Shown piece by piece: positions 56,234-64,000 of a stretch of DNA of 64,000 nt. The stretch comes from Planctomycetota bacterium (GTDB taxonomy: Bacteria; Planctomycetota; Phycisphaerae; UBA1845), in the NCBI GenBank assembly GCA_016860685.1, contig BOJX01000004.1:570-64569 (forward strand). The letters are read 5' to 3'. Both the position numbers and the translations under genes were made by a program. The notes beneath the pieces were generated by a model. The model searched no databases and was not told the origin of the DNA. It saw only the letters and a list, made by a program, of their open reading frames with translations. Within the stretch, counting starts at the first letter, position 1, and each line of letters begins with the position of its first letter.

Positions 56234-57538
56234 ATGTCACGCCGGGTGGTCATCACGGGGTTGGGCTGGGTGACGCCGCTCGGACACGAGATCGAGACGG
56301 TCTGGAAGCGGTTGTTGCGCGGGGAAAGCGGCGTCAGCCGGAACGAGCTTTTCGACGCCGCTGCGTATCCGACGACCTTCGCCGCACAGGTGAAGGATTT
56401 CCGGTTGGCGGATTTCCTCGGTCCCGCGGCGGATGCGCACGCGGGCGCGAGCCGCAACACCCAGTTCGCGCTCGCCGCGGCGCACGTCGCGTGGAAGGAC
56501 GCGGGTTTTGACCGAACCCCTCCTGCGGATCCGGCGCGGATCGGTATTTATCTGGGTGGCGGAGAAGGTCCGATCGACTTCGACGCCTTCGCCGAGGCGG
56601 CGGTCGCCGGTTGTCGGGACGACGCCGGCCGCGCCATCCCGCTGGACACGATCCGCTGGGCGCGCCGCGCGCTTCAGCGGCTCAACGCGGTCAACGAACT
56701 CGAGCAGGATCCGAATCTGGCGGCCAGTCACCTGGCGGTTCACTTCAACGTTCAAGGTCCGAGCCTGAACACGCTGACGGCCTGCGCCGCCAGCACGCAG
56801 GCGATCGGCGAAGCGATGCACATGATCCGTCACGGCGACGCGGACGCGGTCGTCTCCGGGGGCACGCACAGCATGATTCACCCGCTCGGCGTCACCGGGT
56901 TCAACCGCCTGACGGCGCTGTCCACGCATAACGAGGATCCGCCGCGCGCCTCCCGCCCGTTTGATCGCAACCGTGACGGTTTCGTCCTCGGCGAAGGCGC
57001 GGGAATGATCATCCTTGAGGAGCTGGAGCACGCCCGGTCGCGCGGCGCGAAGATCTACGCGGAGATCGTCGGGTTCGGATCGACGGCCGACGCCTTCCGC
57101 ATTACGGACATTCACGAGGAGGGTCGCGGCGCGATCGCGGCGATGCGGATGGCGCTTCAGACCGCGGGGCTTGCGATCGACGACATCGACTACATCTCCG
57201 CGCACGGCACGGGCACGCAGGAAAACGACAAGATCGAGACGCTGGCGATCCGCAGGCTTTTCGGTGATCGCGCCCCGCTCGTCCCGATTTCGAGCGTAAA
57301 AAGCATGCTCGGACACCTGATCGCCGCGGCGGGGGTCGTCGAATTGATCACCTGCATTCTGGCGATCCGCGACGGCGTCGTCCCTCCGACGATCAACTAC
57401 GAGACGCCGGACCCCTTCTGCGAGTTGGACTACGTGCCGAACGCGGCGCGCCCGCATCCGGTGCGCACGGCGATGTCCAACAGCTTCGGCTTCGGCGGAC
57501 AGAATGACGCCGTCATCGTCCGCCGCTTCGACGCCTGA
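56234..57538 (+). CDS. fabF: Beta-ketoacyl-ACP synthase II family enzyme (full Cys-His-His triad)
   Basis: LTACAASTQAIGEA, YISAHGTGTQEND, SSVKSMLGHLIAAAG and the C-terminal SNSFGFGGQN. Confidence 0.88.
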   Translation: MSRRVVITGLGWVTPLGHEIETVWKRLLRGESGVSRNELFDAAAYPTTFAAQVKDFRLADFLGPAADAHAGASRNTQFALAAAHVAWKDAGFDRTPPADPARIGIYLGGGEGPIDFDAFAEAAVAGCRDDAGRAIPLDTIRWARRALQRLNAVNELEQDPNLAASHLAVHFNVQGPSLNTLTACAASTQAIGEAMHMIRHGDADAVVSGGTHSMIHPLGVTGFNRLTALSTHNEDPPRASRPFDRNRDGFVLGEGAGMIILEELEHARSRGAKIYAEIVGFGSTADAFRITDIHEEGRGAIAAMRMALQTAGLAIDDIDYISAHGTGTQENDKIETLAIRRLFGDRAPLVPISSVKSMLGHLIAAAGVVELITCILAIRDGVVPPTINYETPDPFCELDYVPNAARPHPVRTAMSNSFGFGGQNDAVIVRRFDA

Positions 57539-57625
57539 ACCGCCGGCGGACGTCTTCAGCGCCGCCCGGGCGCGTCCGGGATGGTGCGCCGACCGCCACC
57601 TTCGTGCCGCGTCTCGTCCGTCTGC

Positions 57626-60508
57626 TTAATCCCGGCTGCGGTTGCGTCCGCGTCCGCCGCGACGCCTGCGGCGAGGCCGGCCCTCGCGCCCCGGGGATTC
57701 TCCGGAAGTCGATTCCGGCGCCGCTTCCACCGGGGCGGCGGACTCGCGCTCGGTTTGAGGACGCCCCGGTCCGTTGCGATGCTCGTTGTCCGCCCGGACC
57801 GACGGCGCGTCCGGCAGGCTCGGAAGGTTGAGCGCCACCCCCCGGACATCCTCGCACTCCACGCGCATCTGTTCTCCGAAAAGCCCGTCCTCGGCGAAGA
57901 TCTCGATCGATTTTCCCGTGTCGCCCTCGAGGCGGCTCAACTCCGCGCGTTTCCGGTTGAGGACCGCCAGCGCCACCCCCGCCGCCACGTGGCAGCGGAT
58001 GCGATGCACCTGCGGCTGCGCGATCAGGTAGCGCAGGATCCGGATCACGTCGAGGGCGACGGACTCCGGCGTCTTGACCCAGCCGGTCGAGTCACAGACC
58101 GGACAATGCGAATACAGGCTTCGGGCGTAGGAATGCCTCTGCCTCTGGCGCGTGATCTCGACCAGTCCGAAGGGACTCATGTTCAGCACACGGGCGCGCT
58201 CCTTGTGTTTGCGCAGGCCTTCGCGCATCGCGTTCACGACCTTGCGACGGTTCGAAAGCTGCACCATGTCGATGAAGTCGCAGACAATGATCCCGCCGAT
58301 GTCACGGAGGCGCAGTTGCCGCGTGATTTCCTCCGCGGCTTCGAGGTTGATCGCCAGCGCCGTCTCCTCCGCGTTGTCCGGGCGGCGGAACTTTCCGCTG
58401 TTGACGTCGATCGTGGTCATCGCTTCGCCGGTGTCGATGACGATCGACCCGCCGGACGGAAGCGGTACGCGTCGCGAGTTGAGCAGCGCCAGCTCCCGCT
58501 CGATCCCGAAGCGGTGAAACATCGGCTCTTTGTCGGCATAAAGCTCGATCCGCTGCTGCGCGCGGGGCATCGCGATCCGCAGAAAGTCGCGGATGCGCCG
58601 GGCCGTCTCCGCGTCATCGACGACGACGCGCTTGAAGTCCGACGAGTACACGTCGCGCATCGTGCGGATCACCAGATCCTGCTCGCGGTACAACTCGGCC
58701 GGCGCGGGCAGCTTCTCCTCACGCTCGCACAGTTTTTTCCAGAGGCGCGTCAGGTAGTTCAGATCCCGCTGAAGCTCTCGCTTCGTCTGTCCCATCCCGG
58801 CCGTGCGGAGGATGAACCCCACGCCTTCGGGAAGCGTCAGCTCCCCCAGCACGTGGCGCATCTGGCGGCGCAGGTCTTCATCCTCGATCTTCCGCGAGAC
58901 ACCCAGTTTGCCCATCCCGGGCATCATCACCAGGAACCGCCCGGGGATGGACAGGTACGTCGTCACGGTCGGTCCCTTCGTCCCGACGCCCTCCTTGATG
59001 ACCTGCACCATGATTTCCTGCCCGCGACGCAGACATCGCTGGATCAGCGGGCGGTCGCGCTTCGCGATCTTCCTCCCCACGTCCTCGTTCGACTTGTCGC
59101 TGCCGGGGAAGTACTTCTTATGAACGTCGGAGATGTGCAGGAAGCCGTTCTTGGGCAAACCGAAATCCACGAAAGCGGCCTGAATGCTCGGCTCGACGTT
59201 CGTGATCTTCGCCTTGTACACGTTCCCTACATGCGACTGCGCGCTTTGACGCTCGATGAAGATCTCCTCGAGCCTTCCGCGATGCAGCACCGCGATCCGG
59301 CACTCCTCGGATTCCGCGATGTTGATCAGCAACTCGCGCTCACCGGCGCCCGCCGGTTCGGACGCAATCGGAATGTCCTCGTCCGCATCCGTCGAGGCGC
59401 CCGCCTCGAAGTCGTCGAAGTCCGCGCCTTCCTCATCGTCGGTCGCTTCCGTCGTTCGCTCCGCAGCCGGCGACGCCGGAACGCGACGAGGCGCCTGCTC
59501 CTCCCCGACGGCTTCGTCCTCGCGTCCACGACGCCGACGACCGCCGCGACGGCGACGGCGGCGGCGGCCCGCAGCCTCATCCTCGGTCGAGGGGGCCGCT
59601 TGCTCGGACCGCGGAGCGCCTCCCTCCTCTTCTTCATGATCGTGCCACGCGCGATCCTCTCCCGACGCCGACTCGGGTTCGAACGTGCCCTCCTCCACCC
59701 AATCCGGCACGTCATCGGCGGGTTCAAAAGCGCCCGGTTCCACCAACTCGTCGTTACGAACCTCGCGGCGAGCTTCCGGTCGGGGGGCGCGTCGCTCTTC
59801 AGACGGGACGTCCGACCGCTGATCCTGACCCGGCGGCGCGTCCGTGCGACGCGGATCGCCGACGGCCTCATTCTCGCGAGGCCCTCGTCCGAGGCGACGC
59901 CGTCGCGGTTTGCTGCGCTGCCCTGCAACCTCGGTTTCCGACTTCCCGTCGCCGCCCGCCGCCCCCGAAGGCGATGCAACTGGCTTGGGCGCCGGGCGTA
60001 AGTGCGGCGCGGCGGGCGGCGGCAGCGCTGACGCTCGCACAGGCACAGGCGGCGGCGCGGGAACCGGCGAAGGTTCGTCGTCAAAGAGCCCCGCTCCGAA
60101 ATCAAACGACTCGGCCCGAGATGGCGGTCCGAGCGGCGCGCCGAAGGCAGGCCGCGCGATGTTGGTCGCGGGTTGTGCTAAGGCTTCCGTCGCTCGTGAG
60201 GGCACGGTCGCGGAAGGCTTCTCCGCCGGTTCGCCGCTTTCGACCGGCTTTTCAACCTTGTCGCGTCGGGATCCCCTGCGACGGCGATCCCCTCGCTTCG
60301 GCGCCGGCTCAGACGCCGCGGGTTCGTTTCCGCCGTCAGTCGAGACCGCGGGGAGATCGGGCTTCGGCTCGCCCTTCGCGGTTCGCCTCCCGGTTCGGGA
60401 GCGCCGTGCGGCGGTCTTCACGGGTTTTTCGTCAGTCGTGTTGGGTTGGTCCGCGGCATTCGTCGATGCCGGTTCCGTGCGTTCCTCGGTCAGTTTCGTC
60501 AGCGCCAT
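57626..60508 (-). CDS. rne: Ribonuclease E/G family endoribonuclease with about 390-aa N-terminal disordered region
   Basis: Catalytic core LLINIAESEECRIAVLHRGRLEEIFIER...VGNVYKAKITNVEPSIQAAFVDFG...TIDVNSGKF...IIVCDFIDM...CPVCDSTG. Start ATG 60508 follows GGAGG. R/G-rich C-terminal tail. Confidence 0.9.
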   Translation of the reverse strand: MALTKLTEERTEPASTNAADQPNTTDEKPVKTAARRSRTGRRTAKGEPKPDLPAVSTDGGNEPAASEPAPKRGDRRRRGSRRDKVEKPVESGEPAEKPSATVPSRATEALAQPATNIARPAFGAPLGPPSRAESFDFGAGLFDDEPSPVPAPPPVPVRASALPPPAAPHLRPAPKPVASPSGAAGGDGKSETEVAGQRSKPRRRRLGRGPRENEAVGDPRRTDAPPGQDQRSDVPSEERRAPRPEARREVRNDELVEPGAFEPADDVPDWVEEGTFEPESASGEDRAWHDHEEEEGGAPRSEQAAPSTEDEAAGRRRRRRRGGRRRRGREDEAVGEEQAPRRVPASPAAERTTEATDDEEGADFDDFEAGASTDADEDIPIASEPAGAGERELLINIAESEECRIAVLHRGRLEEIFIERQSAQSHVGNVYKAKITNVEPSIQAAFVDFGLPKNGFLHISDVHKKYFPGSDKSNEDVGRKIAKRDRPLIQRCLRRGQEIMVQVIKEGVGTKGPTVTTYLSIPGRFLVMMPGMGKLGVSRKIEDEDLRRQMRHVLGELTLPEGVGFILRTAGMGQTKRELQRDLNYLTRLWKKLCEREEKLPAPAELYREQDLVIRTMRDVYSSDFKRVVVDDAETARRIRDFLRIAMPRAQQRIELYADKEPMFHRFGIERELALLNSRRVPLPSGGSIVIDTGEAMTTIDVNSGKFRRPDNAEETALAINLEAAEEITRQLRLRDIGGIIVCDFIDMVQLSNRRKVVNAMREGLRKHKERARVLNMSPFGLVEITRQRQRHSYARSLYSHCPVCDSTGWVKTPESVALDVIRILRYLIAQPQVHRIRCHVAAGVALAVLNRKRAELSRLEGDTGKSIEIFAEDGLFGEQMRVECEDVRGVALNLPSLPDAPSVRADNEHRNGPGRPQTERESAAPVEAAPESTSGESPGREGRPRRRRRGGRGRNRSRD

Positions 60509-61140
60509 CGCACCTCCACTCGCGTCATGCGGTGATAGACCGCATCCCCGTGGAACCCGAGTGCTGCTGCGATTTCGGAAGGACGGGCCGATCCGTCGTC
60601 GCCGACGCGAAGCGTAAACTCCACGCCCTCGGAGCAAAGCTCCAGACGGATAAGAAACGGCCTCACGTCGATCGGACGACGCCGACCGGACTGACGATCC
60701 ACGCGATCGACGATCCAGGTCTCTGCTGCGAGCACCTGGGTCACGCGTTCTCCCAGCTCTGAGGTCGGCTCACCCGGCTTGAAGCGGTACGTAGCGGCGA
60801 CCGGCGACAGACGCTCCTTAGCGCCCAACGCGCGACACGCCGCCAACTCGATCCCCCCGGGCATCTGACGCGACAAGCGCTCCAGAACCTCGTTCGGCGG
60901 GATCGCCTCCTCCATCTCCGCGACGAGGACTTCAGCCTCGCTGGCGAGTCCGACCGGCCGCGGTAGAGGCAGGCTCAGCTTCGGATGCGGATTAAAGCCT
61001 TCCGTAAAGCGGATCGGCAGTTCGGCTCGGGCGAATGCCCGCCGAAACACGCGGAGGGTGTCGTGATGGGAGATGAACCGGACATCGCCGTCGATCCGAA
61101 ACGTCAACGCCAACCGATGTCGCTCCCGCGCTTCCGACAC
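60499..61140 (-). CDS. DUF2344 / TIGR03936-type radical-SAM-associated protein
   Basis: LTFRIDGDVRFISHHDTLRVFRRAFARAELPIRFTEGFNPHPKLSLPLPRPVG matches the family core as recalled. It overlaps the rne start by 10 nt. Confidence 0.75.
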   Translation of the reverse strand: MSEARERHRLALTFRIDGDVRFISHHDTLRVFRRAFARAELPIRFTEGFNPHPKLSLPLPRPVGLASEAEVLVAEMEEAIPPNEVLERLSRQMPGGIELAACRALGAKERLSPVAATYRFKPGEPTSELGERVTQVLAAETWIVDRVDRQSGRRRPIDVRPFLIRLELCSEGVEFTLRVGDDGSARPSEIAAALGFHGDAVYHRMTRVEVRWR

Positions 61141-61147
61141 ATCCCCC

Positions 61148-62890
61148 CTAAATCGGGTCCTCTGGCAAAAGTTTCCTGGTTTCCTCGCGCAGGTAACTCG
61201 TTACCTGGCGCTCCGTCTCAAATGTCAAGGCTCTGCGGGCGACGCGGCGCGCCTGCGCCACCGTCGCCAGCCGGATCAACTTCTTGATTTCGGGGATATT
61301 CGCGGGCGCCATCGAAAAACTTCGCAGCCCGATCCCCAGCAGGAACAACGCATAAAGCGGACTCCCCGCCATCTCTCCACAAAGACTACAGTCCCGACCC
61401 GCCTTTGTACAGGCGCTCACCACGTCCGACAGCGTTCGGAGCAAAGCCGGGTGCGACGGGTCGTAAAAACGCGAAACTTCCTCGTTCCCCCGGTCCACCG
61501 CCACCAGGTACTGGAGCAGGTCGTTCGTTCCGATGCTGATAAAATCGACTTCCCGGCAGAATTCCTTCACCTGAATCGCCGCCGCGGGCGTTTCCAGCAT
61601 GATCCCGACCGGCAGTTCCCGCCGGTAGGGGATTCCCGCCTCCTCCAGATCCTCCATCGCGTCGTGCAGCGTCATTTTCGCCTGGCGGAACTCCATCAGG
61701 CTCATCAGCAGCGGAAACATGAGCCGCACCTCCCCTTCCACCGCCGCCCGAAGGATCGCCCGCAGTTGCGTCTTGAACATCCCCACGTTGGCCAGACTGT
61801 AGCGGATCGACCTCAGCCCCAGCATCGGGTTCCGCTCATGCTCGTAACGCTTCTCCTGCGTGTACTTGTCCGCCCCCAGATCGAACGTCCGGATCGTCAC
61901 CGGACGCCCCTCCATCGCCCGCACCGTCTCCACGTACGCCCGGTATTGTTCCTCCTCCGAAGGAAACCCGCTCGGCTGGAGAAAGAGAAACTCCGTCCGA
62001 AACAAACCCACCCCTTCCGCCCCCTTCGCCAGGCTCGTCCGCGCCTCGTGAGGAAACTCGACGTTGCTGAGAAGATGAACCGATTCCCCGTCACGGGTGA
62101 TCGAGGGCAGGTCGCGCAGCGTGTCCAGCTCGGCCGCGAGGCGCGTGTAATTCAACTCCTGCTCGCGGTATTCCTTGAGCGTCGTCTCGTCCGGGTTGGT
62201 GATGACGAGCTGGTTGACCGCATCGATGATGACCGTGTCTCCGCCGCTGAGGCGTGTCGAGACATCGTTAAGCCCGATGACCGACGGACGACCCCACGAA
62301 TGCAGCAGGATCGCCGTGTGCGACGTGGCCCCCCCCACGTCCAACGCCACACCCGTCACCAGAGTGTCCGCCAGTTGCGCCGTCTGCGTCGGCGTCAGGT
62401 CGTGCGCGATCAGCACCGCCGGTTTCGTCAGGTGCGCCAGATCCTCCCGCGTATCCCCGAGAATGTTGCGTAAAAGCCGGCGCTCAATGTCCCGCACGTC
62501 ACGGATCCGCTCCACCAGCAGCGGATCCGACATCTGCAGGAACCGCCGCTGATACTCCCGCATCACCGTGCTCGTCGCGTACGCGGCGCTGTACGCCTTC
62601 TCCTGAATGTTCCGAAGAATCCCCTGCTGAAGCTTCGCATCCTTCAGCACGCCGATGTGCCAGGCGAACACGTTCGCCGCCTCACGCCCGAGGTTCCCCA
62701 GCAACCACTGCGTCTGCCGCTCGAGTTCGGCGATCGAGCATTCCACCGCCTGCCGGAACTTCTCACGCTCCTGCTCCACGGCCGCCCGGGCGACGCTGCG
62801 GCAGGGAATCCGGAAATCCTCGGCGTCCAGCACCACCGCCTCGCCGATGGCGATGCCCGGTCCCACCGCGATGCCCCTGAGGATCTCCAT
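61148..62890 (-). CDS. ptsI: Phosphoenolpyruvate-protein phosphotransferase (PTS enzyme I)
   Basis: Phospho-His context GGATSHTAILLHSWGRP, PEP-binding GLFRTEFLF and FISIGTNDLLQY. 580 aa with no GAF domain. Confidence 0.92.
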   Translation of the reverse strand: MEILRGIAVGPGIAIGEAVVLDAEDFRIPCRSVARAAVEQEREKFRQAVECSIAELERQTQWLLGNLGREAANVFAWHIGVLKDAKLQQGILRNIQEKAYSAAYATSTVMREYQRRFLQMSDPLLVERIRDVRDIERRLLRNILGDTREDLAHLTKPAVLIAHDLTPTQTAQLADTLVTGVALDVGGATSHTAILLHSWGRPSVIGLNDVSTRLSGGDTVIIDAVNQLVITNPDETTLKEYREQELNYTRLAAELDTLRDLPSITRDGESVHLLSNVEFPHEARTSLAKGAEGVGLFRTEFLFLQPSGFPSEEEQYRAYVETVRAMEGRPVTIRTFDLGADKYTQEKRYEHERNPMLGLRSIRYSLANVGMFKTQLRAILRAAVEGEVRLMFPLLMSLMEFRQAKMTLHDAMEDLEEAGIPYRRELPVGIMLETPAAAIQVKEFCREVDFISIGTNDLLQYLVAVDRGNEEVSRFYDPSHPALLRTLSDVVSACTKAGRDCSLCGEMAGSPLYALFLLGIGLRSFSMAPANIPEIKKLIRLATVAQARRVARRALTFETERQVTSYLREETRKLLPEDPI

Positions 62891-62902
62891 CCCTGCTCCC
62901 GC

Positions 62903-63196
62903 CTACGCGCCTTCCGACATCCCGAATCCGTCCCGGACCAGTGCCGCCAGCGCCTTCACCGCCGCCGCCGCGTCTGCGCCCCTTGCACTGATCCGAAGTC
63001 TCGACCCCTGCGCCGCGTCCAGCAGCATCAGGTGCATCGCGCTCTTCCCGTCCAGATCCTCCCCTCGACGCGACAGGTTCCGCACCGTGACTTCGGACTC
63101 AAATTGCGACGCCAGATCCACAAACTTCATCACCGGGCGCGCGTGCATCCCCTGGGCGTTGACGACCTCGACCTCGCATGAGCATGAGGAATTCAT
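62903..63196 (-). CDS. ptsH: Phosphocarrier protein HPr/NPr
   Basis: VVNAQGMHARPV is the His-15 context and GKSAMHLMLL the Ser-46 region. The start is trimmed to ATG 63196. Confidence 0.88.
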   Translation of the reverse strand: MNSSCSCEVEVVNAQGMHARPVMKFVDLASQFESEVTVRNLSRRGEDLDGKSAMHLMLLDAAQGSRLRISARGADAAAAVKALAALVRDGFGMSEGA

Positions 63197-63263
63197 GATC
63201 GAGGCAGGATGCTCCTCCAACCCGGCTCAGGCCGGCGGGACCGGGCCGCGACGCCGGCGCGGT

Positions 63264-63731
63264 CTACGTCGTCTCATCCGCCTCAGCGATCAGCTCGCCG
63301 ATCGCCTCTTTCGTGTCCGCCTGACGCAGGAAACGACGGAAATTGTCCCGCTGAAGGTGGCGGAAGATTCGCTCCATCGCCGCAAGATGCCCCTCGGGTT
63401 CGGATGCGGGGCTGAGCAGAAGTACAACCGTATACACCGGCGCCCGGTCCAGTGCCGCGAAATCCACCCCCTTGCTCGAACGCCCGATCGTCGCCGCCAT
63501 CCTCTTCACCGCCGCGTGCTTCACGTGCGGAACGGCGACACCTTTGCCGAAACCCGTACTCCCCTGCTTTTCCCGGGCCACGGCGCTGTCGAACACCTTC
63601 TGCTCGTCCGCCGGGTCGAACACCCCGTGGCCCGACAGAGCGTGGATCAGCTCTCGTATGACCCCGATGCGGTCCGTCGACTCCAAATCCGGAATCACCG
63701 CATCCGTGATCACCAGGTCCGCCAGTTTCAT
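63264..63731 (-). CDS. ptsN: PTS EIIA (fructose/mannitol family), PtsN-like nitrogen regulatory IIA
   Basis: REKQGSTGFGKGVAVPHVK contains the phosphorylatable His. About 155 aa, adjacent to hpf. Confidence 0.85.
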   Translation of the reverse strand: MKLADLVITDAVIPDLESTDRIGVIRELIHALSGHGVFDPADEQKVFDSAVAREKQGSTGFGKGVAVPHVKHAAVKRMAATIGRSSKGVDFAALDRAPVYTVVLLLSPASEPEGHLAAMERIFRHLQRDNFRRFLRQADTKEAIGELIAEADETT

Positions 63732-63773
63732 GATCTTTCTAGCTCCCGGGGCCGTACACACCGCCTACGCCCC

Positions 63774-64000
63774 CTAGTGATTCTGGCGCGGGTGGTGGTC
63801 TTTGACCTTCTCTTTGTACCGTATCAGTTGCCGCTCCACCTTCTCCACGATCGAATCAATCAGGGCGTACCGGTCCGGCCCCGTCTCCTTCGCCACGAAG
63901 TCACTTGCCCGGTCCACCTTGACGATCAGCTCCGCCGTCCACAGATCCGACTCCTGATCCAGTACGAATTCAATCGCGGAAATGCGGTCCACGAACCGCG
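63774..64000 (-). CDS. hpf: Ribosome hibernation promoting factor (HPF/RaiA), 5' end cut by the window edge
   Basis: ...WTAELIVKV...FVAKETGPDRYALIDSIVEKVERQLIRYKEKVKDHH matches the HPF C-terminal helix pattern (DMYxAIDxxxxKLxRQLxKxKxK). Confidence 0.75.
   Translation of the reverse strand, partial: RFVDRISAIEFVLDQESDLWTAELIVKVDRASDFVAKETGPDRYALIDSIVEKVERQLIRYKEKVKDHHPRQNH

Noticed and set aside
57581-60001. 806-aa plus-strand ORF.
   Set aside because: It is antisense to RNase E and has shadow-frame composition with no recognisable motifs.

Overview
This is a high-GC (about 67%) bacterial chromosome segment. Gene content suggests Planctomycetota or a relative: an H-X9-DG prepilin-type protein, PEP-CTERM proteins, a giant TPR protein and GT-C membrane proteins. 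All calls rest on motifs read by eye from the ORF track and sequence; no database search was run.

Gene order, left to right:
- Flagellin gene with an intrinsic terminator.
- APH-like kinase.
- A roughly 1500-aa membrane-anchored TPR protein.
- Two paralogous PEP-CTERM secreted proteins.
- A small lower-GC islet at about 9.9-13.4 kb. It holds an HTH plus receiver-like protein, an internally deleted IS1380-like transposase relic, an orphan JAB/MPN peptidase and a zinc-ribbon hypothetical.
- A complete 14-kb Tad/Flp pilus locus on the minus strand: flp, cpaA, tadE, cpaB, cpaC, a terminator, an unknown gene, two tadG-like genes, cpaE, cpaF, tadB, tadC.
- Housekeeping genes: trxB, moaA, gcvH, gcvT, an orphan beta-class DNA methyltransferase, rnr, an amidohydrolase, two divergent GT-C-like membrane proteins, rsmA and a NifS-like desulfurase.
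- Two tandem DUF4139-like secreted proteins facing a multi-zinc-ribbon protein and a lipoprotein.
- A pseudopilin-like protein, then rpsA.
- A compact dehydratase / ACP / dehydratase / KS-like / KS module.
- RNase E with its DUF2344 partner.
- ptsI, ptsH, ptsN and hpf (cut by the window end).

The most notable non-gene signals:
- A sharply bounded 72-nt inverted duplicate of the cpaE 5' coding segment brackets the tad ATPase/platform block.
- A palindromic intergenic repeat family is present at three loci.
- A small secreted-protein gene appears frameshifted.
- A 680-bp structured non-coding gap follows rnr.
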